Origin: Thecamonas trahens ATCC 50062
Taxonomy: Eukaryota > Protista > Apusomonadida
Direction of reading: 5' to 3'
DNA length: 64,000 nucleotides
Assembly (NCBI RefSeq): GCF_000142905.1
Contig: NW_013657662.1
Span: 186,001-250,000 of the forward strand
Part shown: in pieces, positions 11,801 to 21,692 of the stretch
Layout: every line of letters starts with the position of its first letter
How positions within the stretch are numbered: the first letter of the stretch is position 1
Notes under the pieces: generated by a model
Told to the model about the DNA's origin: nothing
Seen by the model: the letters and a program-made list of their open reading frames with translations, nothing else
The model's database searches: none
Translations under genes and position numbers: made by a program

Positions 11801-12847
11801 GTTCAGTTTGGCGTCGACGCGCTCGGGGCCGAGTCGTCAAACCTGCTCGCTCGCATCCTGTCCGGCGCGTCGTTCAAGATGTACTGGAACGCGAGCGCGG
11901 TGAGCGGAGGAAGTAGCGGACTTGGACGCAATGTCAGCTTTGAGGTGGTAGCGTCGGACGTGGACTTTGTTCAGGCACGAATGCGAGTGCCTGTAGCGCT
12001 TCCGGCGGCACTGCCCGACGTGGAGCTTGGACTCCCGTCGATGGCGTTTCGGTACTCGGGGGCGTCGGTCGGCTCGGTGAGCCTCAGCACCAACGTGCTG
12101 CGTGGCGGCGGGCGGACAACGTTTGTGGAGATGGAGGGGGTAGTGAGCGCCGAGGCGTCGCGTGTGGCGCTGGAGGGTCTCATCAACAAGGCGACGGCCG
12201 GCAAGGACGACGTGGCGCTTGACGTCGACGTGGTGCTCGCACCAGGTACGCAGGCTCCGGCCGCGGCCGCGTTCACGGCCCACTATCCGTTTGTGTTTCC
12301 GGCACGGGCTTCGCTCGCCGGGGCGAGCGCGGTCGACGGCATGAACTCTGTGGTACAGTGCACGGAGCTGGTTGACCTCGACTTTGGGTACTTTGCGATC
12401 CTGGAGGGCAAGTGCGAGTTTACGGCGCGGGTGGCCATCTACATCCACAACCCATCGCCGTTGCGGGTGACGGTGAGCTCGCTGGCGTTTGATGTGTGGT
12501 ACGACAACCCGCACGGGGTGTGCCTCGGCTCGATGTGCATCTACTCGCCGGCGTCGAACCTGTTCCTCACCCACGTCGACGATCCGTCGTCGGCGTCGAG
12601 TCCAGCCGAGCTGCCAACCGAGCTGGTACCCGGCGCGGTGGCGGTGACCGAGATGGTGCTGGCACCGTCGTCGGTGGAGATGTGCCTCCGCGTCGGCAAC
12701 GAGTACGAGCGCAACGACCACCAGTTCCACATCCACGTCACCAACGGCGTCGGCGTGGTCCATGTCGAGAACATGGTTCTGCACCTCGCATTCGAGCTCC
12801 CCGACTACGTCGTTCGCAACGCGCCGTCGCCGCCGTGCACGGCGTAG
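8807..12847 (+). CDS. Large type II membrane protein with tandem beta-rich LEA_2/DUF3712 (Tag1-like) domains
   Basis: Single TM (AGAAVLLLIIYLILVAVQL) after an acidic cytosolic segment with a dileucine-like SPLL. C-terminal ARVAIYIHNPSPLRVTVSSLAFDVWY is LEA_2-like. Alternative in-frame ATG at 8582. Confidence 0.6.
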   Translation: MVLDLVWDGDSPRDHDALSPLLVVGDGSADDDDDELTGFASRGRSSRSRRCHPTRCLSSRRGKGIACAGAAVLLLIIYLILVAVQLASLARLDASVSGQVRADQCSDPDAIPFALALTLDSPSWFTASLDATRVDIRAASSGTVLASVALPHTTIRYGRHTAPLASKLAFNHQALQHAADLASVLARRAFNASYAAAHTPPSLILDAKLTIRAPALLSIPISHTLHQAVVLQPPPPPPLSPSGAATQPPPPPMITLTGAELGESTFSAHFKLHAPATIQLTVLTPPLDVVVAAGGADGTGGPDDAPQLVAVHASPTRWGETASLRGPAPLQLDLEVARTPSAATALSQLLADVLQPSTHRAYAPALALIGANPGTDAPCLLQTLLNRLHLDLPQSSAFAPERDWLSPLINGSALDPSVADGTTHNAPLAGKILDVLMATTDGSTVVVQALVNASAVTGSSLDVGIIGMPSFEASLYLTPGVDLPPTVVADLPGGLAAPLGTLRLSAVATNELIRVSAAVTIDSMPLLQALVLPALPLWEVDDVPQHLFTNPLFALREFADSPDGRPLYGLGARLVPSASPQASIWSRLATELRLEGLAPSATWFAELPPPPPGAPPLFEIASTVATIDGPLLSGTATCRLAIPHVLDGVVVRAALPQMDAAVVATSDESLAPSLAPALHGRSDADVVVLSTGPVSVHGAVDVVSSTMAASALSQWMGGGIVPVFARVAHSAPGHLPSVFHALLSGIRWRYTLGSASSLYELRKVYVAPITDIAIVTLKPQLWLGLEWLHLSLTVPGVTDLPVWLVDADAEVAQIAWSAFTVASDAVNTMDIYAFASNVPLLGEAVASLDLEVVVRPPPTTAADSFITALLAGVRVDPVQSGSGDGLASLVDDIVFAGADPASPASSFVVTSGLVLSNNVVEMTVPPVALRVVASGASGGARGTLLTLASAPIAIQTGQDKVSLIGRVAPTRNATLLRELGSEVLKLGNGEAAAGLTAEVQFGVDALGAESSNLLARILSGASFKMYWNASAVSGGSSGLGRNVSFEVVASDVDFVQARMRVPVALPAALPDVELGLPSMAFRYSGASVGSVSLSTNVLRGGGRTTFVEMEGVVSAEASRVALEGLINKATAGKDDVALDVDVVLAPGTQAPAAAAFTAHYPFVFPARASLAGASAVDGMNSVVQCTELVDLDFGYFAILEGKCEFTARVAIYIHNPSPLRVTVSSLAFDVWYDNPHGVCLGSMCIYSPASNLFLTHVDDPSSASSPAELPTELVPGAVAVTEMVLAPSSVEMCLRVGNEYERNDHQFHIHVTNGVGVVHVENMVLHLAFELPDYVVRNAPSPPCTA

Positions 12848-13077
12848 GCCGGACTCTTCGTCTAGATCCAATAACACACCATGAACACAAACACATACAC
12901 AACGACATTCGTATTTATCGTCTACGGACAGACTCCAGGCAACGCAACACGTGGCCCCGCCACTGCCCCAAGCAGCGCGCGATCGAGATCTCGCGGCACA
13001 GCAATTTGCTTGCCGGTGCCGCACCAGGCTCGAGTCGATCGTCGCAGCGAACACCGCCACGCCGAGCGTAACGTTGC

Positions 13078-13869
13078 TCACAGCTTGATCTTGAACGGCA
13101 CAAACGTCGACTCTGCCACAACCTCAGCGGATGTGTCCAGAGCGGCGTCCAGCTCGGGCGCGACGTCGCGGACCCGGCGCGGCAGGATTGGGCGCGGGAT
13201 CGGCTCACCAGAGCGCTTGCTAATGCGAATGCGCTTACCGGCCTCGTCGCGAGCCCACCCTGCACGGGTCGGCTTGCCATCGATGGGATCCAGCAGCGCA
13301 ACGTTGGCGACCGGAACAGCGGCCGACTTGGTAAAGATGCCGCCGTCGAGTACCTCAGTCTTGCGCATGTGCTTCTTGACCAAGTTGAGCCCGTCCACAA
13401 TGACCTTGTTCTTCTTGCGCAGCACCTTTTCCACCACGCCCTGCCGCCCGGCGTCCCTACCCGCCAGGATGACAACCTGTCCAGCCCATGGCCCCGCCGT
13501 CCCAAGACGTGTGCGGATGCGCGTGTGTGAGTTCTCGGCCCACCGCCACTTGCCCCACCGGCAGCCTGCGCCTCATAGAAGGAGGGCACTGTTCTCAGCC
13601 GTATTGTTCAAAGCCTCTTCAACCGCTTTGCGTCTGAAACTCTATTCTGATATTTTGAAATGGCTTCATCATCGACCAGTGCTCCCCTCTCCCTTGCCCC
13701 CACCGGGTCGGGTGGGTGGGTTGGCGCGTCATCCATCCCATCAAATGGGGAGATCAAACAAAAACCAATAGCCCCTCCCCCCCTCCCCGCCCCTGCCCCT
13801 GCCCCTGCCCTGCTCTCAACCACATACCGTGTCCCCCTTGACCACCTTCCATGAGGAGATGGCGTCCAT
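13078..13869 (-). CDS. MRPL24: Mitochondrial ribosomal protein uL24m; exons 13869-13828 and 13476-13078
   Basis: MDAISSWKVVKGDT|VVILAGRDAGRQGVVEKVLRKKNKVIVDGLNLVKKH (KOW motif). The GTATGT...CAG intron is phase 0 and restores the frame exactly. Confidence 0.9.
13586..13682 (-). ncRNA. Putative intron-encoded box C/D snoRNA
   Basis: AT-rich island in the uL24m intron, on the host strand. Box C ATGATGA (13672-13666), candidate D' CAGA, C'-like TTGAAGA, box D CTGA (13598-13595), closed by a GCACTG/CAGTGC terminal stem. Confidence 0.75.
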
Positions 13870-14174
13870 GGCGGCGCGCACCACCCGCCGCTTCACCCGG
13901 AATGACATTTGCCGGGTGAGGGTGAGTGCAGTGTTGCCACGTTGGCACGGGTTGGACAAGTAGCTGTGCCGCCGCGACCGACCGACTCACCGACCAACCG
14001 ACCGCCGCCGACTCACCGCCAGTGACTCACCGACTCACCGCCAGCGACTCAGCGACTCACCGCCACCGATCCACGGCTTGGCCCGCGAAGGTGCTTCTCC
14101 TGCCCCCCTTCCCTCCCTCCTCTTCCCCTCTACCTCTTCCCCTCTCCACCTCACTCGCCACAGACGTAGGCGCC
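13870..14174. promoter_or_regulatory. Bidirectional promoter between uL24m and TTC13-like, with clustered GACTCA(C/G) motifs
   Basis: Head-to-head genes 305 bp apart; six GACTCA copies at 13984-14060. Confidence 0.5.
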
Positions 14175-16820
14175 ATGGACACGGATGCGTTCTTGGCTGA
14201 GCTCCATGCCAACAAGTTTGCAAAGTGTATCAAGCGGCTGACGGCGGCTCTGCGCGGAGGGCCCGCCACGCCGCGGGCCGAGGCCGAGCTGCTCGCCAAC
14301 CGGGCGGCGGCCAACTACGCGCTCGAGCTGCACAAGCGGGCGCTGAAGGATGCCGAGGCCGCCATCGCTGCCGATCCGGGCGTGCTGAGTGGGCATGTGT
14401 GGAAGGCGAAGGCGCTGGCGGCGCTCGGCCGCGCCGACGCCGCCCAAGCTGCTGCTGCTGCCGGCCTTGGCCACTACGGCGACCTCGCGCTGATGCACAC
14501 GCTGGGCATGCTCGCCGAGGGCGACGGAGCGAGCGCAAAGCCTGCGAAGCCTGCACAGCCTGCGCTGTGTGCGGATCGCGGCAAAGCGCGTGGAGTGCGG
14601 CTGGCCGATGGCGTCGCCGCCGACCCCGAGTACGACGTGGTCCATGCGTCGGAGCAGGTGGCTCGCCGCGGGCTAGTCCAGATGGGCTCGGGCGATCCCG
14701 CGACCGACAAGGCCATTGCGCTCGGGTACCTAGCGGTCAACACCGGAAAGCTTGTCGAGGCCGTGACCCACTTTTCGCAGCTGCTCGACGACAATCCGTC
14801 GCTGGTGGCAGCGTATGTCGGCCGCGGGACGGCCATGGCCATGGGCGGCCAGCTCGAGGCTGCGGTCACCGACTTTACTGCCGCGCTTGCGGTCGATCCA
14901 ACTTGTGCCGAGGCACACAAGCGGCGCGGCCAGTCATTGGCGGCACTAGACCGTCTTGACGAGGCGCTGGTCGACCTGACGGCCGCCGTCGACGGCTCGG
15001 ACGACCCGGACGCCCGCCAGCAGCGTGGCGTGCTCTTGCACAAGATGCGCAACTACCGCCGAGCCCAAGTTGATCTCCGGGCGGCGCTCACTGCCAACAA
15101 TGCCGATCCTGTGGCGTGGAACTTTCTCGGCCTCTGCCTCAACTCGATGGGCCAGTGCGCCAAGGCTGTGACGGCGTACACCCGCGCGCTCGATCTCGAC
15201 CCGTCGTTTAAAGAGGCGCTGGTCAACCTCGGCTCTTCGTACCGCGAGCTGGCCAACTACAAGCTGGCCATGAAGCATTTCGACGCCGTCGTTGCGCTCG
15301 ATCCGTGCTACCTCCACGGGCGCTACCTTCGCGGGCTCACCCGCTATGGCGCCGGCGAGCTCCGCGCCGCCATCACTGATCTAGCTGCCGCTGCAAGTCT
15401 GGATCCTAGCGCCAAGGATGCAACCAAGCTCCACGCCGTTGCACTCCACGCCCTCGGCCGCTACAGCGAGGCACTGGCAGCCTACAACGGCGTCCTCGCA
15501 CACCACCCATCGGACCCGGCGTGGTACCAGCGCGAACTCCTCATCGCAGTCCTCCCGCACCTCGAGACGCCGCTCCGCACCTTTAGCCTCGACCGTGCCA
15601 TGGACCCGTACTTTAAGGAGGGCTGGTGCAAGCGGCACTCGCCGGCGCTGCTACTCGAGTACACGCCGCTGCCGACGCCATCGGCCAAGACGCTTGCCGC
15701 CGCCAGCGTCGACCTCGACGCGCCGCTGGCGCCCGAGCTCGGACCAATGGTCGTCCTCGCCGACGCGCTCAGTGTTCGCCTCCAGTACCACGCACCGGGC
15801 TTTATGACCAATGCGCGACAGCACCGAATGGGTGGACTCGCCATTGTCGAGATGGCACAGGCAGCGGCTAGCCTTTGGGCAACGGGACCGATCTCGGTCG
15901 CCTCGACCGGCGCCTCGATCGGGTCGCACGCACACGCCTTTGGCTGGCGCGACTTTTATGACATCGCCGTCCGCTGGCGGCAGTTCTCCGAGCCGAACGA
16001 TCCGGTCTGGTGGGTCGACCTTCTTGCGCCAGAGCAGTTTGCTGAGGGCTTTGGCTCGCAAACGCCGATGGTGAGCGGTCAGCTCGACGTAGTCCGATAC
16101 CACCGTGTTGGCTACACACGCTCGTTTGCGCTGGTCAAGGCCCTCCTGCCGGAGCAGCTCGCGGACGAGGTGGCAATGCCGTCGGCGCGGGCAGCACTCG
16201 CAACCGCATCGACGCTCGACGAGGTGTACGCTGTTGTGGGCCATGACTTTTACGTCATCACGCCGTGCTACTCGTGCGCAGATCCTGGCGCGGCTCCGTA
16301 CGAGGGCACCCGCCTCACGCTCCAGGCACACCCACCGGAGGGCTACGACTTTACCATCCGCACGCCATGCACGCCGTCGCGGTGGAAGCAGTTTGACGCC
16401 GAGCTGACGGCGGCGTGGGACGTCGTTGCTACCGCGGCCACCGCTCTGAAGGCCGACGACTCGGCGGAGACACGGCGCGCTTTTGTCGACGCCGCCCTCA
16501 CCCTCACCTTTTACTGGTACAACTTTATGCCGCTCACCCGCGGATCGGCGATGTGCGGCCTGCTCGGCCTCCACGCGCTCCTTCTCTCGGTCGGCCTCGA
16601 GCTCGACGCACCCATTCCCGACAGCGTCCAGTTTGACTGGGAAGCCATCCTCACCCCGCGGCCAGCACCCTTTATTGCCACGCTCCGCGAGCTTTATGTC
16701 GACGACGCTCTGCGCAGCGTCGACCCAGCGCGCGACGTCTCGTGCCTCTCAACTGCCGTGGCCGACTCGGTCATCACCCTCGTCGACTTTATTCGGGTTG
16801 TCGCCGCCGCTGAAGTCTAG
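14175..16820 (+). CDS. TTC13: TTC13 / SRFR1 family TPR protein
   Basis: Many TPRs followed by the conserved C-terminal block WRDFYDIAVRWRQFSEPNDPVWWVDLL..EGFGSQTPM..F.IRTP.TP.RW..FD.EL..YWYNFMPLTRGSA. Confidence 0.82.
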   Translation: MDTDAFLAELHANKFAKCIKRLTAALRGGPATPRAEAELLANRAAANYALELHKRALKDAEAAIAADPGVLSGHVWKAKALAALGRADAAQAAAAAGLGHYGDLALMHTLGMLAEGDGASAKPAKPAQPALCADRGKARGVRLADGVAADPEYDVVHASEQVARRGLVQMGSGDPATDKAIALGYLAVNTGKLVEAVTHFSQLLDDNPSLVAAYVGRGTAMAMGGQLEAAVTDFTAALAVDPTCAEAHKRRGQSLAALDRLDEALVDLTAAVDGSDDPDARQQRGVLLHKMRNYRRAQVDLRAALTANNADPVAWNFLGLCLNSMGQCAKAVTAYTRALDLDPSFKEALVNLGSSYRELANYKLAMKHFDAVVALDPCYLHGRYLRGLTRYGAGELRAAITDLAAAASLDPSAKDATKLHAVALHALGRYSEALAAYNGVLAHHPSDPAWYQRELLIAVLPHLETPLRTFSLDRAMDPYFKEGWCKRHSPALLLEYTPLPTPSAKTLAAASVDLDAPLAPELGPMVVLADALSVRLQYHAPGFMTNARQHRMGGLAIVEMAQAAASLWATGPISVASTGASIGSHAHAFGWRDFYDIAVRWRQFSEPNDPVWWVDLLAPEQFAEGFGSQTPMVSGQLDVVRYHRVGYTRSFALVKALLPEQLADEVAMPSARAALATASTLDEVYAVVGHDFYVITPCYSCADPGAAPYEGTRLTLQAHPPEGYDFTIRTPCTPSRWKQFDAELTAAWDVVATAATALKADDSAETRRAFVDAALTLTFYWYNFMPLTRGSAMCGLLGLHALLLSVGLELDAPIPDSVQFDWEAILTPRPAPFIATLRELYVDDALRSVDPARDVSCLSTAVADSVITLVDFIRVVAAAEV

Positions 16821-16831
16821 TCTGCTTAGTA

Positions 16832-17985
16832 TTATTCGGCGGTGTCGGCGTCCTGCCGCGGATCGATCTCACCGGCAGCGACAAGGAGGTCGATAATGCC
16901 GTCGCGGCCGAGCCTATGTGCGCGCGCGATGGCGGTCGGGTTGTTGGCGGACGGGTCGACACCAGCCTCGAGCAGCACAGTCACAGACTCTGCAGCGTCA
17001 CCCCAGATTGCATCATCAAGGATTCGAGGGCCGTCGGCGACAAGATCGATGGTGCCGGTGGCAAGCAGGTCGCGGAGAATGTCGACATTGCCAGCCTTTG
17101 CCGTGCTGCAGGCGGCGTCGGCGAGCATGGGGTTGGGCCCGGCGCGGCTGATCAAAAGCTGGACCACGTCGCGCTCGTTGACATATGCTGCCACAGCAAT
17201 GGCCCGCCCTTCGCGCGCGTTGACGTCGACACTGTCGCTCTCCAGCAGCGCGTTGATGGCATCGACGTGGCCGAGCTCGGCGGCATAGTAGAGCGGCATA
17301 GAGTGCGAGAACGACGGATCGGCGCCTGCAGCCACGAGTTTTTTGACCAAATCGGCCCAGCCGCGAGCAGCAACGAGTGCGAGAACGATGTTGATGCCCG
17401 GGCCCGAGTAGCCGGCGTACTCGTCCTCGGGATCGGACTCGAGGTCGGGGATGTTGCTCATGGCGGCCGGACTGTCGGTCAGGTACGCGACCACGTCGCG
17501 GAGATTGGCAGCGGCGGCAATGGCTGGGAGCGAGTGAAAGTCAAAGTCAGAGGCGAACGCACGATCGAGAACCGTCCCGCGGCCTTCCTGCATAGCGAGC
17601 CAGGCAGCGCCGTGATCGTCGACAAACGGATTAATGTTGAGCGAGACGGCATCGGCGGCCATGCGATCAAGCAGCGTCATCCACGCCGCGTTGTCGGTTC
17701 CGGCGTCGGCCGCCCCAGAAAGTTCATGACCCGGACCGGCGTCCACACCTCGCTCGTGTCGCACTCGCTGGTATCCACCAAGCGAAGGACTCCGGTCCAG
17801 AGGCCTCGGGCGAGGCACGTGTCAAGTCCGGCAGTGGCATAAGCGAGCGACTTTGCAAACGCGTCCCCGAGGAGCTTGTTGTGGCAGGTCTTTGAGCACG
17901 AGGCGAGCGCAACGACGTCGACCGCATCAAGCACGCCACACTCGTACGCAATAAGGTGCCAGATCTCGACTGGAAGACGTTCCAT
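16832..17985 (-). CDS. F-box-like N-terminus + ankyrin repeats; frame broken near 17720
   Basis: MERLPVEIWHLI..LDAVDVVALASCSK is F-box-like. Ankyrin repeats (PLYYAAELGHVDAINALL etc.) lie in a second frame. The frames join with one extra T at 17719-17721, or via a possible GT-AG intron 17748-17588. Confidence 0.7.
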
Positions 17986-18247
17986 GGTAGCAAGTGGACA
18001 AGGTAGTAGTCGCGTGTGTCAGTGAACGGCGGCAGCGGAGCTAGGAGAGGGGGCAACGGGGTAATTTCGCATTTGTGTGGTCAGAGTTGGGGGAGGGGGA
18101 GGGGGGTGGGGGGTGGGGGTGCGGACCGAAAAAATATGAAGTGGCGGCAAGCGAGCGGCTGTTGCAATCATGTTGCGGAGGAAAGTCAGGCGACATTGCT
18201 CGGGCAGAGAAGGGGTACCCCTCTGACGGCTGTGAGGCTTGGTGAGG

Positions 18248-20171
18248 ATGAGCGGGAGCAATGGCAAGCCTACCAGGCTGCCGTGGCTTACACGGTCGGC
18301 GTACTCTGTGGGCCATGTGCTCAACGACCTCACTGCGGCGGTGTGGTTCTCGTACCTGGTGCGTCAAAGGTGGAGGGCGTGCGGGGGGTTGGGGGAGGCG
18401 GCTGCCGTGTGACCTACTAGACTGACCGGGCAGGGGAGGTGTGGCGAATGCGGACGACACGGGCACGCGGCGATGGACGGCGTGGTCGACGGTGTGGGGA
18501 GAACAGATTGTGTACTTTCAAAAGGTGCGGGAGATGTCTGCGTCACATGCAGGGATTCTGCTGTTTGTGGGCCAGGGCGTGGACGCCGCGATGACGCCGA
18601 CGGTTGGCGTGCTGTCGGACAAGTTCACCTCGCTGCCGTACGGACAGCGCAAGTCGTGGCATCTGTTTGGCACCCTGTGTGTGGCGCTCTCGTTTCCTTT
18701 CATCCTCGGCTCGGACTTTCCGTTTGTCAAGCACTTTTCGACAAACGGGCAGCTGGGCTACTTTTCGGTCTTTATCGCCATCTTCCAGATCGGATGGGCG
18801 TCGACGCAGGTTGCGCATCTCTCGCTCATTCCGGAGCTGACATCGTCGTCGCGCGAGCGCGACTTTCTTAACTCTGCGCGCTACGCGTTTACCATTGTGG
18901 CCTCGGTTGCGGTCTTTGGACTGGCGTTTGGCCTGCTGCAGGCGTCGGCCGGACGTGATGTCGGGCCGTCCGACCTGTGGCACTTTGCTCTGCTCTCGTA
19001 TCTGGTGGTGGCGACAGGGCTGGTGGCGGCGACGTACTTTCACGTGGGTGTGGCTGAGCCGAGCCACGAGGAGAAGCAGAAGGCTTGCGGCAAGTCGGAG
19101 AGCTGTAAGCGGGTCACGTGGTCGGATTGGTTCAAGCGGGCTCTCTTCTACCAGATTGGTGGTGTGTACATGTGCGCGCGTTTGGTGGTCAACATCTCGC
19201 AGGTCTACCTGCCGCTCTTTCTCCTCGACACGCTGCAGATGGACAAGACCAACATTGCAGTTGCGCCTCTGACGGTTTTTATTGCCGGCCTCCTCACGAC
19301 CTCGCTTCAAAAGGTGGTGAACAACGCCATCGGACGGCGGATGACGCTCTTGTTGGGCATTTTGGTGGTACTGGGCACGTGCGTCGGCGCGCACTTTATC
19401 GACAAGTCGTCGCCGTACCTGGTTTACGGCGTGGTCATCGGCCTCGGCGTCGGCGGGACGACGATGCTGGTCACGGCGCTGGCCATGGAGGCCGACCTCA
19501 TCGGCGACGATGTCGAGGGCTCAGCCTTTGTCTACGGCGCGCTCTCATTCCTGGACAAGCTCTCGAACGGCATTGCTGTCCTTGTCATCCAGTTTATGGC
19601 GCAGGCGCACACCAAGGCAACTCCCGACGGCGACAACGCCACATCAAAGGCTGCGTCGGCCGACGAGATAGACGAGGAGCTTGGTCCGTTCTACCGTACC
19701 ATCATGGTGTATGTGCCGGGCGCAGCCGCGCTCTGGTGTCTCGCCTTTATGATCTCAACGTACTTTGGCGGCGGATATCACGAGTACTCGAAGCGCGAGG
19801 CCATGAAGGAGGCCAAGTCGCGGGCGTACAAGCCGCTGCTCGATGGTGGCGCTGATGGGCGTGACTCCCCGTCGGACCGCTACGCCGACGCCGACTCGCC
19901 GCGTGCCATCCAGAAGTATGGCGCGATCAACCCGGCCCTCGACGCCCAATACGACGCCCAGTACGGCGGCGCAGGCTACAACTCGATGCCGGCTTCCTAC
20001 ATGCGCGGCTCGGCGGGGCTTCCTGGTAACGCCTCGCCCGAGCCGTCACACATCTTCCTCTCGCACAAAACCCCTGCTGACGACGCCATCATGCGAACCT
20101 GGGACTCGTCGATGGGCGAGCCGCGTATCAACGCTGGCATCGACACTCCGAGCGCGTTTGGCATCAACTGA
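18248..20171 (+). CDS. MFSD12: MFSD12-like MFS (GPH/MFS_2) transporter; exons 18248-18358 and 18507-20171
   Basis: AYSVGHVLNDLTAAVWFSYL|IVYFQKV, YGQRKSWHLFGT, IFQIGWASTQVAHLSLIPEL, SAFVYGALSFLDKLSNG. GTGCGT...CAG intron, phase 0. Confidence 0.88.
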
Positions 20172-20459
20172 GCGTACCCGAGCCAAGCCGAGCCGAGCCG
20201 AACCGAGCGTGATACGTTGCTGCGCGATGACGGTCAGAAATAAAGTGATGTTGACATGTCAGCGTGTCGTGGCGTGTGTGTCGGCTGTGCGTTTTGCCAC
20301 CTCCTGCGAACAGCAGCTTGTCGGAGCCGTACGATTCGCGATTCCGCACTCGGGCACTTGCCGCAGCCGACAAGTGAGCCGCACGACCAGGCCCGGCCAC
20401 AAGGCGATCAGTCCACACAGCTCTCCCTTCCCCCCCCTCCCCCCTGGCCCCCCTACACC

Positions 20460-21692
20460 ATGGCGGCGAGTCAGGCAGGCGGCGGGTGGCTGCTCGAGCT
20501 GCCGGACGAGGTGCTGCGGCAGGTGTTCAAGCTCTGCAGCCACCACGAGTTGTGCGCGCTGGCGCAGGTGTGCGTGGCATGGCACAGGTATCTGCGGACG
20601 CACCAAGGTGTGTGGCGGAGCATGGCGGCTGCCACATGGGGCCCACTCGGCTCGCGTGTCCGCGGCGCTCAGCGATGGGACAAAGTGTTCCGGGCGCAGT
20701 ACGAGGTGGAGAAGCGATGGCGACGCGGCGATGCGTCGCAGCGGCTACTCTCGCGGCCGCCTTCGAAGAAGCGGTCGACGCGGGTGACAGGCGTGGCGCT
20801 CCATGGTTTAACAGTGCTAGCGACGGCATCGTCGGACGCATCGGTCCTCCAGATCTCGCTCGATGACGGCGAAGTGGTCAACACCTTTGTCGGCCACTCC
20901 AAGGCCGTAACCGGCTTTGACATGGCGGCATCGGAGCTGATCACCGCGTCGGCCGACAAGACGGTCCGGGTGTGGGACATGACGTCGGGTCTGGTCCGCT
21001 CGGTCTTTGCGCCAACTCGCAAGCCGCTCACGTGCGTCTCGGCCCACGGCGAGCGGGTGGCAGGCGGGACCAAGGATGGGCTTGTCCACATCTGGCGCCG
21101 GGTCGAGCGGTCGGCGGCGCAGCCCGAGTACTCGACGCACGCACTGAGTGGGCCGATCTCGTCGGTGCTCATGGCGTCGTCGCGCATGGTGGTGGCGGGA
21201 ACAGCCAACGGTGAACTCTCGCTTTACACCTGCGCCGATGCGCTGGCCTGCCCGATCCGCTCGTTCTACACCGTGCCCGAAGAGGGTGCACCGGTCACCA
21301 CCATCCGCTACTCCAAGTACCACGCCCGATTGGTAGTTGGCTCGGGAGCCGGGGTTGTGGCGCTCTACCATCCATCATCCGCCGAGCCCGAGTCGGTCCT
21401 TGCCGCGCACTCGGCCAAGGTTGTCGGCCTGCAGTGCAACGCACTCCGGCTCGTCACCTGGTCCGACGATGCCACTGTCGCCATCTGGGACTGGCGGGAG
21501 ACCCGCAAGCCTGCATCGGTCTTTTCGCTCGACTACCCGGTCACTTCGGCTGCATTCGACGACCGCCACGCCACCCTGGTCATCGCCGGCTGCGGCCACG
21601 CCGCCATCGATGTCTTCGACTTTCGCGCTGCCTCGGACTCTGTTGACACGGCTGCCCTCCTCTCAGCCAACACCCTGGGCGACTTTACATGA
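20460..21692 (+). CDS. F-box/WD40 repeat protein
   Basis: LLELPDEVLRQVFKLCS..ELCALAQVC..W F-box, then WD40 repeats (GHSKAV..TASADKTVRVWD; AHSAKV..SDDATVAIWD). Confidence 0.85.
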   Translation: MAASQAGGGWLLELPDEVLRQVFKLCSHHELCALAQVCVAWHRYLRTHQGVWRSMAAATWGPLGSRVRGAQRWDKVFRAQYEVEKRWRRGDASQRLLSRPPSKKRSTRVTGVALHGLTVLATASSDASVLQISLDDGEVVNTFVGHSKAVTGFDMAASELITASADKTVRVWDMTSGLVRSVFAPTRKPLTCVSAHGERVAGGTKDGLVHIWRRVERSAAQPEYSTHALSGPISSVLMASSRMVVAGTANGELSLYTCADALACPIRSFYTVPEEGAPVTTIRYSKYHARLVVGSGAGVVALYHPSSAEPESVLAAHSAKVVGLQCNALRLVTWSDDATVAIWDWRETRKPASVFSLDYPVTSAAFDDRHATLVIAGCGHAAIDVFDFRAASDSVDTAALLSANTLGDFT

